Of a stretch of 64,000 bases of DNA, positions 62,290-64,000 are shown piece by piece. Position numbers and translations under genes: made by a program. Location of the stretch: assembly GCA_049724395.1 (NCBI GenBank), contig JAUGWO010000128.1, positions 62,001-126,000 on the forward strand, given 5' to 3'. The DNA comes from Spongospora subterranea f. sp. subterranea. Its lineage: Eukaryota. Below the pieces are notes generated by a model, which saw only the letters and a program-made list of their open reading frames with translations, had not been told where the DNA came from and made no database searches. Each line of letters begins with the position of its first letter. The first letter of the stretch is position 1.

Positions 62290-62490
62290 GCCCTGACAGG
62301 CGTAGACCGAGTATCATATCGCCGAGGTTTCGCGCAATATTGGTTTTCAAAAATGGTCCATTTGGGGCAAGCATGTCACCGTCGCTGGAGAGAGAGTGAC
62401 CGCTACTATCACCATCATTGTTGATGAGGATGATGATCGGACATCGATCGTTCTCACTCCGCGATGGCTGATGGTTGTCTTTGGCCCTTG
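62290..62490 (-). mobile_element. Second pogo-like transposase relic, inverted relative to the first
   Basis: - strand reads PKTTISHRGVRTIDVRSSSSSTMMVIVAVTLS / SDGDMLAP and aligns at the nucleotide level to ~61920-62110. Confidence 0.65.
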
Positions 62491-64000
62491 AAACGTACCC
62501 GTAACTCTGGGTTAAAGTAAAGTTTTTTGAAAACATGGATTTTCACAAGATTGTGTATTACCAAAATAATAGAGCAGAACCAATTAAATAGCTCATATGA
62601 CTATGGACAACTTAGCAGGTTGTGAATGAGGATGGTTGTCCACGCCTTTTACTATCGAAACGATAGTTGCCATTGCAGGCGATTGACGTTCGCCCTCGAT
62701 ATGACTGGATAGTGTCTACCACTCAACGCTCTTTCCTTGATGAGTGACTTGCGGTGACTGTACTTGCACTTCCCTAATCTGCAATGTAAACAGATGGGGC
62801 AGGGTTTGAGAAACGTCACCAGACCCGAGGAGCGATTCGACCACATGAACATCAGCACGGCCTACAGTCAAACTCGGAACGATACAGTACAGGACTGTTG
62901 GCGAGTGGAGACCTCTATACTTTACAGATCATAGTCGATACCAATTGCAGCGATGTCGCTAAGGCCATCTGGACAATAATGCCCACCTGCAATCCAAGCT
63001 CTGTTTGGCTCTCAAGTTGTGGAACAAAATTGTTGAAATGATACATGGCCGGTTGCAGTAGTGGCATTTTCAGTAGCTCGTCAATGGGTAGTATCAAGAG
63101 GGCGCCTGGTTAAGGTTATTTGAGCAACTTTGAACTCTGAGCTGCGTCACCGGCACCCTTACGACAAACTCGGGCTGCTGTCGTGGTTGTCTGGTGGAAT
63201 CTGTAGCAAACAGATGGGCTGATCCTCACACGGGGTCCTTCAATCTCTACTGACAAACTTTGTCTTGACACCCGAATGGTAACTCTTTCTGCACAAAAGG
63301 GGGGGTTTGGGTACAGATCAGGCGCAAACAAATTTCTGTCCAGACAACTGCAAGAGTTTGGATTTGGTCCTTGTATTTCACCCTAAGCAGGCAGTCTGAA
63401 ACAAAATCTGTACAGGTAGATTATTCTTACCGATCCGCAGGATTCCAAGGACTTGACTGAGGGGCCTTCGACTCTTCACAGTATGTCGACATACGAACCT
63501 GAGCAGAGCCCAAAACAAAGTGGGATTTAGAAAACCGACGACAAGAATAGTGACATGGCGACACCGGAGAAACCTACTTCACCGACTATCAAGTTCCTTG
63601 TAATATAGACGATGATCATGATCTTGGTTTCTCGGTCTCATTGCTGCATAGAGTCTTTTCCGATATGCTAACCGAACGGATGTAGCTCTGAATATGTTCG
63701 GGATGCTTTGCGCTGTGGCATCTGGGCTTTTATATCCTTTCACAACGTAATTTTTCATAGAATATGCAAATGTCGGCGAGAACTAATACTTTAGTACAGA
63801 GTCGTTCTAGGAGCGGTGATCGACGATTTCGGCAAATGGCAAATTGCTCCGGGGATCTTGATCCACGGCAGACCAGCTTGCCAAGACAACAGCAGACAAG
63901 TCACTCGATTTTGTATATCTTGCCGGTGAGCTGGCACAGGTTCATTCTTGATTGGAGTTATCTAACTCAAAGATGATAGTGTTGGAGTTGATCACGACAT

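Noticed and set aside
62600..63400. Possible decayed Crinkler/restriction-endonuclease-like ORF on the - strand
   Set aside because: The resemblance is vague and broken by stops and frameshifts. It needs a profile search.

Overview
Compact, intron-rich eukaryotic DNA with short GT-AG introns and intergenic gaps down to about 40-60 bp. It probably comes from a flagellated protist; a plasmodiophorid/rhizarian source is my inference and is not shown by the sequence. From about 19 kb to 60 kb it holds housekeeping genes: VMP1, two MFS transporters, HAAO, a TM-RGS protein, GCN2, RIO1, a very divergent beta-tubulin, a CEP164-like gene, eEF2, a GRAM-VASt protein and phosphatidylserine synthase. The first 19 kb is repeat- and mobile-DNA-rich around TAF5. 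It contains two 44-bp tandem arrays, an inverted partial TAF5 duplicate, transposase relics, a Lys/Thr-repeat surface protein ending in a degenerate Cu/Zn-SOD-like domain, and a gene with a duplicated unknown domain. The standout is an intron-less, virus/linear-plasmid-like relic at 15481-~17870. It is a 1.27-kb palindrome with 577-bp perfect arms. Its centre has two identical small hairpins with non-inverted loops and iterated TGTTAGGA motifs. The arms carry a shortened RNA polymerase largest-subunit-like sequence, followed by a D5-type SF3 helicase. A frameshift inside eEF2 suggests consensus errors in the assembly, so single frameshifts elsewhere should be treated with caution.
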